A stretch of 64,000 bases of DNA, from contig NC_059433.1 of NCBI RefSeq assembly GCF_021028975.2, forward strand, positions 56,544,001 to 56,608,000. The letters run 5' to 3'. The stretch's first letter is position 1. Every line of letters starts with the position of its first letter. This stretch comes from Sphaerodactylus townsendi. Lineage: Eukaryota. The position numbers and the translations under genes were made by a program. Shown piece by piece: positions 47,641 to 59,578 of the stretch. Under the pieces are notes generated by a model. The model had not been told where the DNA came from. It was given only the letters and a program-made list of their open reading frames with translations, and did not search any database.

Positions 47641-50600
47641 ATGAGGCTAGAAGGGTTCCCATATTTCTACTGTGGAAAATGTGAAAAAATAGAACACGAG
47701 GGCATATTCATAAAGGGAATAGAGGTGTAGTAAGATAGAATTGTGCAACAAGGCCACTTTCCATTTTAGTAATAACTTTTTAGTTTAATTGCTTATGAAA
47801 CATGTGAAAAGCTTTCTTTTTTCTCTTCTTTGATATTGCATTGTTTACTGGATGTATTATTCTGTCTGTACTTTCGTGTTTTCAGATTGTGAAATTCAGC
47901 TTATGTGACATAAGTTGATTCCACTCAGCAAATGTATAATGGGTTGCAGTAGTTATAAAAGAACCCATTTCCCTTTTTCCTGTTCACATGTGTGTTGTGT
48001 AGTCCCACAGAGCCCATGGGCACAATTTCGGTTGTTTTCATGCCTTTGCACAAAGATGCTTCTGGCAGTGAACCAAAATTAAATTTGTTCTAGAAGAGGT
48101 CTCATTTGCCATGGAGAGAATGAAAAGTGAAAGTAGGGCTTGAAGAAATACATCCGTGTAAGAAATCTTGTTGCAGATATTCACCCCCACCTCACAGCAA
48201 ACCCATTGTGCATAATTGGCCTTTATTTAAGAAAAGACACAAAATACATTATTACTTCACTTGAAACCCCTGAATCTACTCAAAGCATTCAAGGGTGTAT
48301 GACAGTTATTGTGTTTATAGTCTGTAGTTTATAGTCAAAAGTATTCAGTTCCATAAAAAATCAGCTATATCTATATCTATATATACAATCTACGTTACTT
48401 GGTAATGGGTAATGGAAGTATTTCACTGTTTGCTTTTTAAATGCCCAAAATATTTAAGCTAACATTGATCCTGTCCAAGGCTAGTTCTGTGAGTCAGCAG
48501 TTTCCTAGAGAACACAGCACAAATCAGACAGATAATATATTAGAGATAATTTTTCCTATCATGTAAAATCTCCATACTAAAAGGATGTAATGCTATTGCT
48601 TCTGGTACAATTTTAATCATTCAAGAAGTATAGCTTATACATTAACTTTCTGATTTTTAAAAACTGTACACAATGACAACTTCCAAGTTTTTGTTAGATT
48701 GAAACCAATGTGATATGAATGGATTCTCCCCAACATATAAATGACATTTTTCTTTTATGTTAATAAGACAGATTAGCTGTTAGGAAAACTGACATATTCA
48801 GTTATATTAAAATGCAACTGCTTGAAAGGAAAACTGAATAATATATACATTTTATGTTTCCCTGCATGGGTAACTTAGAAGATTTAATGCTTTCATTCCA
48901 CAAGCAAATTTACAGATAATAAAATTTAACTGATAATGAACAAATATGAATGGTTATTCTGTAAATGCAACTGAATTGTCACACGCAGAAATCTTTTCGT
49001 GATATATAATCCCATTGATCTATTAGCTTAGTACGGGAGGTGGCAGGGCAGAATCTTGTCATACAGATGTAGTCAGACATAAGGGCTCATAGCATTATTG
49101 CAGCCCATTCTCTCTACTGAATAGACAAGTGGAGATACTAGCAAATAAATACTGGCTGTGGTAGTCAGAAATGTCCATTCCCTGCTTCCTTCATCAGGGA
49201 AAAAAGAGCAATGTCCCCGAAATCTAGGAACCCAAGAAAGAAAGCTTTCATTGCCAGGAAATCCTTTGTCAGAGAGATTTGTTAATTTCTTTCAACTGGC
49301 ACTGTATGAATGGGCAGCAGGAGGTAGGCAGGTAGGCAAAAAAGATGGGCACCATATTCTCATATAACAATGTGCTTTCTTTATATGTTACCTTGGTCTC
49401 CTTTTGAAGAAGTGCTGCAGATGTTCAAACATAACAATTTACTCTTTCTCCCTTTCAGATAGTCAAGCTAATTTTCTATGTGTACTTGAATAATTCCTTC
49501 GATGGCTTATATTATGTTGCACTGTGGCTAGTCCTTCTGTAGCTTAGTAGGAGAGAAACTGCCCTTACTAGCAACCTGGCTCAAATATCACTGTGGATCC
49601 TCCATCAGCATCTAATCACTTTTATGGCAGAGGACACCGAGAAAGAGGCCTCTTGTAACTGCCTGCTTTCAATAATTTATATTTACTATTTCTTTGACAA
49701 CTACCGTAGGCTTTTTTTTGCAATGAGTTGGGATATAAAATTAACTATACTTGACTATACTCAGTCCTAGAACAACACCACAATAGGAAAAAGGTTCTAT
49801 GTATGCAGGGTGTCTTGTACTCGATTCGATTTCGAATACCTTTAATGGCATATAAATTGTTTAAGATTAACTTAGCAAGATAATAACAGCCTTTACAACT
49901 TTACAATTTCTGACGAGTTAAAATAACACCATTTAAAAATTTAGCCACCGCTTCCAACAGCTCGTAGTTGTGACTGTTTAAAAGATATATAACCTTCTGT
50001 TTATCTGTAATGCCTTCACTTCCATGCAGGAAGGGGATGTGTCTTGTACTCAAAGTGCATTTTAGTTATTTTTTCACATCTTCAAAGTGAAGGGGGGATA
50101 TAATAGTAAATTTGGCTAGAAGTGAGCAGTATGTATAAATCCTATAGGCCACTGTGAGTTTAAATAGGTGTGATGTTTTCTGGCAAAGATGGTTTCATAA
50201 GTGGGTTTTTTGAGGCACAGCTGCTCCAAAAATAGATTCCATAGGAGGAAAAGAATGCCTGTTCAACAGCAATGAAACGAAGTAGCAGCATGTGTTTGTA
50301 AAATGCCAGTGTGCAGAAAGTGAACTACAACTGAAATCACAATAGATGTAGAAGAGAATCAGCAACAGAGTTTCCACTTGGTATTATCCACGAATATGAT
50401 TTTCGGTTCAAATATTAAACAGTCCTTAGAAACAGGTTGCATATGTTTACACAGTAATAGGCATATTTAAGCAGTTGGTTGGTACAGATAAATGCTAATA
50501 GCAACAGAAATTTTGAGAGAAGCCAGAAGGTCTTCAGATTCTTCAAGTGATGGTTGATTCAACTGGAATTTCCATCTGAAGATAAAGAATAAGCTGCAGC

Positions 50601-51876
50601 ATTTGTCTAGTGGGTATTTGAGCATCAGTGAGGAGTAAATGATTTGATTTTGTGGGCTCAGAGGATTTGTCAGCTGCCTCAGAAGTATAATTCTAGCTCT
50701 TCATATCCCTGCTGCTTCTAATTTAGCAGGACAGGCTCATAATTGAAGCAAATTAACTATTTACACTTGCCACTTCTACCAGGGGAAAGAGGACACATCA
50801 GCAGGAAAGACTGAGTGGGAAATTAAATCCTTCCCACTTGTGTCAGATCTAGCCTTATATAAACACATTAACAGTAATTTCATGAGGTGTCAAACATAGG
50901 AATAAATACTCAGGGATAAAATAATGAGGTGTTGCTATTGAGTTGAACTGTTGCAGTGAATATTACAGAGAACAAATTATGCCGCCTGAAAGAAAGCATA
51001 TGTTAAAGCACTTCAACAGCTCCCTTACATGCCTTATCTGATCATTATGCCTTAGTTCCATAGCTATGCGGACCTGTCTTCTACTACAAGGCAGGGCCAA
51101 GAACAAGATTTAAGTGAATGACCTTCCAAAAATTTGCATATTTTGGGGCAAGCACATTCTGACAATAGTGGTATTATAAAGCAAGGTGAATTTTGTACAG
51201 TACTCCTTGAGTGGGATTTCAGTGCCTTTTTTAGCATAACGGCATGCTTTATTAAGCCCTATGGCAGAATCCATGAAGACCATTACACTAATGTAAAAAG
51301 GACATTTTGTTTGCAATTTGTTCAGTCCATTACAGCCTTGCTGGGGCTCCAATTATGAACCGAAAGTTCATTTAGTATGCTTATACATCTGGTTCTGATT
51401 TTAAATGAATTTTGAAAAATAATTCAGGAAACTACCTACACTGCCTTTTAAGCCAGTTTGAATCAAATGCTTGTTTGAAAGCCCCCACCCCCCATCAAAG
51501 CTATCCCTCTCTCTCTTTCAGCTATTGACTGCTGTGTATATGACCATCCCCTCACTTTAGTGGGAATGTGCATTAAGAAAAATGGGCTATGGAAAATTTC
51601 CTACAAAGATCTGAGTATACAAGGGCAAGCTGTGTCTGGGAACAAGGGAGGGGAGGATAGGGAAAAACAGAGAGCACCAACCCATCAAAAGAGAAATGAC
51701 TGAAATATGTGGGGACAGTACTTAGTCTTTAGGTAAACAGAGGAAGAGCTGAATGGACAGGGCTGAGACTAACTGCCCTCTTTTTATATACGTAGGATAT
51801 TTCTATACTACCCTCTTCAGTCCTAGTGAAGGCAACTTATTAAAACTACAGCACAATATTTTTTTAAAAAAACAAA

Positions 51877-52512
51877 GGCCGTTTCTGCACGGCCAGGAGG
51901 CACCCCCACGCTGGCAGGAGTTCTGCCGGCGTGGGGGCGGGAGCCTGCTCGCACGCAAGCATGCGAGCAGGCGAAGGGGAGGCCGGCAGGCGGCAGGCGG
52001 CTCCGCACGGAGCCGCCTCTGCGCCCTCCCAGCGACGACCACTTCGCGGGTGTCCTCCTTATCAGCCTCGCGGAAAACAGCAAGCCTCGCCGACAGCTGC
52101 CCTCCGACCCCCCCGGAGGTCGGAGGACAGTGTGGCTGGGCTGCAGAAGCCTACAGGCTGAATTTTAGAACACCATGGGCAGTGAGCCGGAGACAAGCGT
52201 CTTCCGGCGGCGCGTTCAGGAGGACATCATGAGTGCCGGCCAAGAAAGGCATACAGCTGTTTCCTCATGGCGCCACCGCGACCGTGGAAGACGCTTCTCC
52301 CTCAACAACAACCCTTTAAAGCGGTTGTTGTTTAGAGGCTGCTTGACGCCAATCTCTGGGAGGTGGAAGAAGATCAGGTCGCCACTGCTGGCAAGCAGCA
52401 GCAGTGCTGCGTTGCAGCAGCTGCCTCGTGCGCACACGCGCGACCTGTAGAGGAAGCGCCTGGGGCTTTTGGCGCCCCCAGGCAATCATAAATGGGCCGT
52501 GCAGAAATGGCC
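51877..52512. mobile_element. Young CpG-rich PIF/Harbinger-like MITE
   Basis: 18-bp TIR GGCCGTTTCTGCACGGCC / GGCCGTGCAGAAATGGCC; flanks aaa/aag. Confidence 0.85.
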
Positions 52513-52589
52513 AAGCTATTTTACATAAGCATCATAGAAACTATCTGTAAAAAAGAAAAACCGATGATAGGAAATCTCTAATTAAAAGC

Positions 52590-53180
52590 CTTGTGCTTAA
52601 AATAGGTGCCAGATGAAGCTCAAGTGAACCACCTCAAAGAAGAGGCCATTCCGAAGATGAGGTTTCACGAAGAAAATACCTCTAGTTGCTACCAGCCTCA
52701 CCTCTGAACCAAGAGCAGAGACTGAGAAATAAATCTTAACAGTAGGGCTGGATAGTATGGGAAACAATAGTCCTTCAGATATCCTGGCCCCAATCTGCAT
52801 GTCCTTAAATATATGAATAACTGTACTTTGAATTGTGCCTGGAAACAAATGAGAATTCGGTGCACATCTTTCAGTGCAGGGGTGATAAAATCCCTGTAAC
52901 CAACCTGACAGTAGCCTGGTTGCTGCATGGTGGACCAGGTATGGTAAGTTTCTGAACCATTTCAAAGGAAGCCGCACAAAGAGTTTATCACAGTAATCTA
53001 ACAGATCAGGATGTGATCAGATCAGAACATGAATAACTGTAGCCAAATCATGCTCTTTAAGAAAAAGCCATAGATAGTAAACCAGCTGGAACTGATAGAG
53101 GCCCTATGTGCCACAGAGAGGGGATTCGAGCCTCTAACCTTTGGCAAAGATCTAGTAGCACCCCCAAGCTATAAACCTGC
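52590..53180 (-). mobile_element. Old L2 ORF2 fragment
   Basis: LDYCDKLFVRLPLK, ITPALKDVH and LGPGYLKD degenerate L2 motifs. Confidence 0.7.
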
Positions 53181-53254
53181 TAATTCTCTTGTTCAGGAAT
53201 GGAAGAAGAATAGAGAAAATGGAAGTGGACAGCACAAAACAGGGATGCTATTAT

Positions 53255-53434
53255 TAATAAAGAATTACTAATGATCTCCAGACAACAAAGATCAGTTCTC
53301 CTGGGTAAGATGGGTGGTTTGGAGAGTTGCCTCTATGGTATTATGACTTGCTGAGGTGCCTCCCCTCTCCCAACCCCACCTTCCCCAAGGCTCCACTCCC
53401 CACAAACCAGAAATTGCAGAAGTTGGCAACCCTA
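53255..53434. mobile_element. Fragment of a DNA element with a TAGGGTTGCCA-type terminus
   Basis: Ends ttggcaacccta; the other TIR was not found. Confidence 0.45.
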
Positions 53435-54909
53435 CCACAACAGTATACAACAACAAAACAAAGCTGGCACAATAAACAGGGTGGTGGTGGTGTTCTTATA
53501 TAAGAATCTGCCTAGAGTCAGACATTAGATTGTTTCCCAGTTCAGCCACATACAGGCCTACAACCAAACTAGCTGTTATAATGTCCATGTGTAAATGTGT
53601 GTGTGTCCGTCCCTTCCCCCCCCCCCCCCCCCCGGATCTTCCAGCAATCTTTCACATCTTGGTCAAGCTAGTCTGTCTTTTACTTCCTGTGAGTGTTCCT
53701 GTGGTGTTCCTGTGGATTTTCAGGGAAATCTCCTGCAGGATTCTTGACATTCTGCGTTTCTAGAATTTTAATATTGTCTTTTTCAGGTTTAGTATTTGCA
53801 ATGAAGAGAACAGTTAGGCACCCCAAAATAAGTTGCTACTGAGCTCTAGTCTGAGTACACCATACTACTTAAGAAACGTGAAGCAAGTGGCTATCTTATG
53901 ATACTGTATACATTACAGCAGGGATTACCTGAAAAATTGATCCACTACCCCAGTATTTGATCATGGCTTAGAAGTCACACACTAATATGACTGCTTAAGA
54001 GAAAACAGGCATTTCTGGCAGACCCCAAAGGCCTTGGCTTGCTGTAGCAAATGCCCAAGCAGCCACTGGCTTGAAGGTTTTAAGATATATATGGCAATAG
54101 GCAGAACCCTTTCAGATTACATTACTTTGTAGTCTTTAATGGAACACACTTTTGCTTCTCTATAATTCACCATGAGAAACTGCCAAACTCCAGTGATTAA
54201 CACAGCTTTCTGTTAATAATTTGCATGCTCCCATATGCTAAGTCAAATAAACACAGCTGGAAAATGAGAAACCCCTGGATGTTTCTGTCAATTAGTGTAA
54301 CGTGGCTGGCAAAACCAGGAAAAAAGCAGTGCATGCAGTGTTTTCATTGTAAATTCTAAGAACTGGGGACAAATTAGTTCATCTCTGCAGACTGCCTGTT
54401 TGTGCTTAATTCTCTGTAAGGTAACAAGGGAGTTCTTGGATTCCTTCCAACTTTCCCTTTCTTGGGCTGCAGGATTTTCCTTATCTCTTCCCAGAGAATA
54501 AGATGAGAAACAGGGTACTATATGGCAAATAAATTGAAAGGTAAGGGTACAGGAAAGCTAGCTAATGCAAGAAGACAACGTTCATATTCATGACAAGGAA
54601 GGTTTCAAATGTATAGTTACTCAAGGCTAAAGCTGAGATGTGATGTTGGGTACCTGGCTCCCATACATCTTTTGTACAGGTGGAGTAGCCATCCTGCCTT
54701 TATATGCTATGGTCAGTGGTTCTGTAGTGCCCTAATTCCCTTCCCATCCATTATTCTTAAATTGTTTTGTAAACCTGAACTCAAAAAAGAACTGAATTTC
54801 AAAATAGCAATCCTAAATAAACTTGAAAATTATGGAATTGATCCTTTGGATCTGTTCTGCAAACGATGGTCCTTTGGTGTAAAAAGCCTTCCTCTGGAAG
54901 GGTCTCTTG

Positions 54910-55197
54910 CAGAGGTGTATGGGGGCAAAATGGTGCCCGTCCGCCATTGCACCCCCTTACCCCCCCCCCAGTTCCTCTCTCATGCCCCTTAGGTCCTCTC
55001 TCCTGCAGCCTGGTGGGAATTACACTTCCCAGGAGCAAGGTCTCCTGGGAAGTATAGTTCCCACCAGGCTGCAGGAGACTGGAACTAAGAGGCATGAGAG
55101 GAACTAAGGTAAATGGGCACAGGGGGTAATTTTTCGGCCTCACTGGCCCACGCCTGGTACACAGTGCACCCCCTTTCCTCTTATAGCTCTGCCACTG
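54910..55197. mobile_element. hAT MITE with a 136-bp internal palindrome
   Basis: TIR cagaggtgta / tctgccactg; 8-bp TSD gtctcttg/gcctcttg; palindrome 54970-55105. Confidence 0.75.
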
Positions 55198-56908
55198 GCC
55201 TCTTGCATCACAGGAAGGCTTCTTGCATTGGAGGAAAATGCCACAGGTCGCAAAAGAGATGTGTAGGATGCAGTCATATGACTCTTTACAATCACCCAAC
55301 ATTTCAGTCCTCTATGACAAATGTAAATAGTGCTCCCTCATGCACAACCTTATGCATTGCATCCCACTCTTAATAAAATAAGATTTAAAATCAAATTCCC
55401 TGTAATTTTAACTGAACTGTAACAAGAAGAACTGTTGCTGAAGAGTTATTTCTTTTATACAGTTGAACACAAAATAATCTCAAGCACTCCCTTAAATGCC
55501 TTCCTATTGTTTTTACAATCTCTATGAGGCTCACTTCAAAAGAATGGTGAGGAAAGGACATGATGGCCATAAGAAAGGGCCCCATGCTTCTATCATTTCG
55601 CCATAGTGCGCAAAACAGAATTATTGTGCAGGTCATTCTTAGAGATGAGTGGAATAATGCACTTTTACAAAAGGCTGCTATAAAGAATGCTTCTATCTCT
55701 GTGCAGCGTACAACACGGGGTTTAAACTTTTTTCTCCATACAGCCATTCTACAGTTATTATAAAGAATCCAAGACTTGCCATGAAGACATCAAAATCCCC
55801 ATCATTTGCAATCCTGAGGGGCAGCATGACTCAGTGCCAGTGTATATGCCACTTGAACCAGTGTAAGGGGGATTTATGCTGGTGCAAAGACACTTATGCT
55901 GGTGTTGGGGAGCCATACAGCAGTGCAACACTTGGGTGCTAGTGGTCCTCTGGTGCAGGGCCAGCCCAAAGGGAGAATTCCCAGGAGCCGGGCCGGTTTT
56001 AGTTGGCTTTCTGAGTAATTTCAGCCTGAGAATGCCTCCATTTGCCAGCATAGACCTATGTTGGCAAAAAGGTAGGCACAGTCCATCGAACTAAATAGAG
56101 CAGGTTCACAGAATTGAGGAGCATCCCTGTTTGCTTGCAGGTCTTTTTGGAGTCAGCGTGGAAGAGCAACTATATCCCTCCTTAGGGCTGCACCATTCAT
56201 CACTTTGAAATTCAATGTACACATGAAACATGGTTCAACATGGGCACTTACTGGACAGTGCTCATGTCATTGCCAATGAAACCTCCCAGTATATGTCCAT
56301 GTAATTTGTTGAATTTTGTACACCTTTTATTAAAATCCTTCAAACTTGATGACCCATTACAGTATTTAAGGAAATTACTAATTTCCTTTTGAATGATCTC
56401 ACAACTACATCGCAAACTATCCCTTAATCTAAAAAAAATACAGATGAAGATATATCACCATTGGCATGATGTTGGGCAGTCCCATCCAAGTGGTGAGACA
56501 GGCAGTGGCGGTGGTATGACTGTGCAAACCTGACACTTTCAGAAAAACTTCTTGGCAGCGTGGGAAAGCTTGCAAAACACAACAGTCGCTCTGCTGCTGA
56601 GAAGTCTCTATGGGGATGAATCAACTTGAGTGACTCGAGAAGTTGGTGTAACTCTGGATTCCTTATTGCTGGCATAAACTGGTGAATGCTGAGAGGAAGC
56701 CTACTAATGTTGGCTCCTTCCCTGGCCATGCCCCTGGACTGGGAAGCAGATGCAGCATTCTGCACTGCATCCGAGCACTGGGGGAGGGTGGTGACTTCTG
56801 TACATTGACGGTTTCGCCCCTCCTCTGGGGTAAGTGCCCCAAGGAGAGCCTTTTCACTGGCAGAAGCCCACACCGCTTTTACCAAAAGATTCAGCCCCAT
56901 CCCTGATG

Positions 56909-56990
56909 GACCTACATTAGGTAAATGAAGAAATGACCTACATTAGGTAAATGAAGAAGCACAGACCTACATTAGGTAAATGAAGAAATG
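56909..56990. repeat. Tandem triplication of gacctacattaggtaaatgaagaa
   Basis: Three exact 24-bp copies with 2-5 bp spacers. Confidence 0.95.
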
Positions 56991-57049
56991 GGTAATTGAT
57001 CAAAACTGACCTTTTAATGTTGCAAATACAAAGCTTTGTTCAAATTTAT

Positions 57050-57349
57050 GCCAGGGTGGTGTAGTGGTTAAGAGCACTGGGCTCTAATCTGAAGAACTGA
57101 GTTGATTCCCCATTCATCCACATGAGCGGCGGACTCTAAACTTGCAAACTGGATTTGTTTCCCCACCCCTACACATGAAGTCTGCTGGGTTACCTTGGGT
57201 TAGTCTCAGTTCTCTCATAACTATGTCAGCCCTACCTACGTCACAAGGTGTCTGTTGTGGGGAGAGGAAAGGAAGGAGTTTTCAAGCTGCCTTGAGAATC
57301 CTTACAGGAAAGAAAAGTGGCATATAAATCCAAACACTTCTTTTTCTTC
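57050..57349 (+). mobile_element. Full-length tRNA-derived SINE (Squam3-like)
   Basis: A box tggtgtagtgg, B-box-like gagttgattcc, body ctgggttaccttggg, 3' (ttc)-type tail. Confidence 0.85.
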
Positions 57350-57606
57350 ATTTGCACCACTCTTCTAATATAGTGCCTGCTAATTAATTTCAGGCTTGCG
57401 AAATCATTGTAGTTATTTGAAATTCCGAAAGAAAATAAATGGCACATTTACAAAGGATGTCTTGATCCAGGTTCCAATTTGCGACATTTACTGGCTTAAT
57501 TCTAGCAATAAAAGTAGCTGCTGAAAAAGAATAGTTAGATAATACTTTTTTACATTATCTACAATCCAGCTAACAATTTCATGTATTTGTATGTATAATT
57601 TTGTAC

Positions 57607-57837
57607 CTGTTTTTGTTCTTCCCCCAAGCCATCCCACATGGAAGCTACAATTTTGGAGACTTCCCCAAAGGTAGCATTTGGGTTTTGGCCTTTGATGGCA
57701 GCTTGAGTGTCGCGGAAGAATAATGCATAGGCAGAAACAGGCTTCTGTGGCTCATTAGGATCCTTCTTCTTCTTCTTCTTGGGTGTTTTGGGTTTTTTCC
57801 CCATATCAGAAGCAGGCCTTTTTTCTCCACCATTGAC
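57607..57837 (-). CDS. TOX: TOX coding exon (equivalent to human exon 5): NLS and N-terminal part of the HMG box
   Basis: Encodes [77 protein letters not shown]. Acceptor ttgctttgcag|GTC, donor CAG|gtacaa; 231 bp, phase 0/0. Confidence 0.97.
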
Positions 57838-59578
57838 CTGCAAAGCAAGTATAGGCTACATTACAATTACTGCAGAAAAAACTAAATCCCCAGTTCTTAG
57901 TCAACATGCATTTGGGGTTTTTGCAGCTTAAAAGGATATTTCAATTATACCTTTTTGATAATCCAGACTTCTGTTATCTTGCATGCTTTCATCTCTAAAA
58001 TGCATTTTAAATATACAAGATTATATAACTTTCTGAATTTTATTATACATTTTTTCCACATAGTTACAGCTTAGCTTTTCATCTTTTTTCAGATATTACT
58101 GCTAATAGCATGATATCCCCCTGAAGAGTATTATTATGCACTGGCTAGTAGTTCAATTACAAAGGAAATCCAAATAAAGTAGGAAAAAACTGTTTTATGG
58201 TAGGGTTTTTTAAACCCTATTGGATTAAGACAAGCTTAAAATTCGATTCATCTCCATCTTAAATCAAGACAGTTGTTGAGAATTTGTTTGTATGACATCA
58301 GAACTAAGATATGGAAAAATACTCTTTGCTAGACTTGTATTCAAAATCATCCCAAGGAAAACACTTGGGACAGGATCATCATGAAAGGTGAGTTTGGTTC
58401 TGGTTCACAGTAGTTCAATTATTACACACAAGAAAAAAAACAGTGGTGGAAAACATCCTTTTCTAATTCCTCTGACAATGGTTTTAGGAAAAAGGTAATT
58501 CCAATCCAGCAATCAATTAAACAAGATCCAGAAAGTTATTTAGAAGAAGAAGAGTTTGGAATTATAGCTCACCTTTCTCCACTATAAGGAGACTCAAGGT
58601 GGTTTTCAAACTCCCTTCCCTTCCTTTCCCTACAACTGGCAACTTGTGAGGTAGGTGAGGCTGAGAGCAAGGACGTAGGTAAGGGGGGGGGTTCTCGGGT
58701 TCAACCCCCCCCCCATTCATGTCCAAAGCTCTGCCCACCTGTTTGTGGGTTTTTAAAACATTTTAGTGTTTTTCGGTTTTTGGCTTGTAGGGGGCGCATT
58801 GTTTAGGCTAGCAGCACCAAACTTTCAGGGATTGTTTGGGGGAATCTCCTGATGATATTACCCATGTTTGGTGAGGTTTGGTTTAGGGGGTCAAAAGTTA
58901 TGGGCTCCCAAAGGGGGTGCCCCCATCCTCCATTGTTTCCAATGGGAGCTAATAGAAGATAGGGGCTACACCTTTGAGGGTCCATAACTTTGGACACCCT
59001 GAACCAAACTTCACCAAACCTGGGAGGTATCATTAGGTGAGTCTCTTATTGATACCACCCGGGTTTTGTGAAGTTTGATCCAGGGGGTCCAAAGCTATGG
59101 ACTCCCAAAGGGGGTGACCCATCCTCCATTGTTTCCAATGGGAGCTAATAGAAGATAGGGGCTACACCTTTGAGGGTCCATAACTTTGGACCCCCTGAAC
59201 TAAATTTCACCAAACCTGGGAGGCATCATCAGGAGAGTCTCTTACTGATACCACCCAGGTTTTCTGAAGTTTGGTCCAGGGGGTCCAAAGCTATGGACTT
59301 CCAAAGGGGGTGCCCCATCCCCCATTTTTCCAATGGGAGGTAATAGGAGATGGGGCTACACCTTTGAGGGTCCATAACTTTGGGCCCCCTGAACCAAACT
59401 TCACCAAACCTGGGTGGTATCATTAGGAGAGTCTCCTAAAGATACCCTAAAAGTTTGGTGCTGCTATCTTAACAATTGTGCCCCTGACAGCAGGCAGCCC
59501 CCAAATTTCCCCAGATTCTCCTTTTAAATCCACCCCCTTCGGCATGGATTTAAAGGGAGAATATGAGGTCCTCAGTTT

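Noticed and set aside
57050-57120. tRNA gene
   Set aside because: It is the head of a SINE with body and tail; no intact cloverleaf.
23743-57837. Assignment to paralogues TOX2, TOX3 or TOX4
   Set aside because: The exon 7-9 peptides and the RDKALYLT terminus match TOX itself; there is no TOX3-type long polyQ tract.
56909-59430. CRISPR-like arrays (24-bp triplet; 196-bp units)
   Set aside because: Vertebrate DNA, no unique spacers, no cas genes; ordinary tandem repeats.
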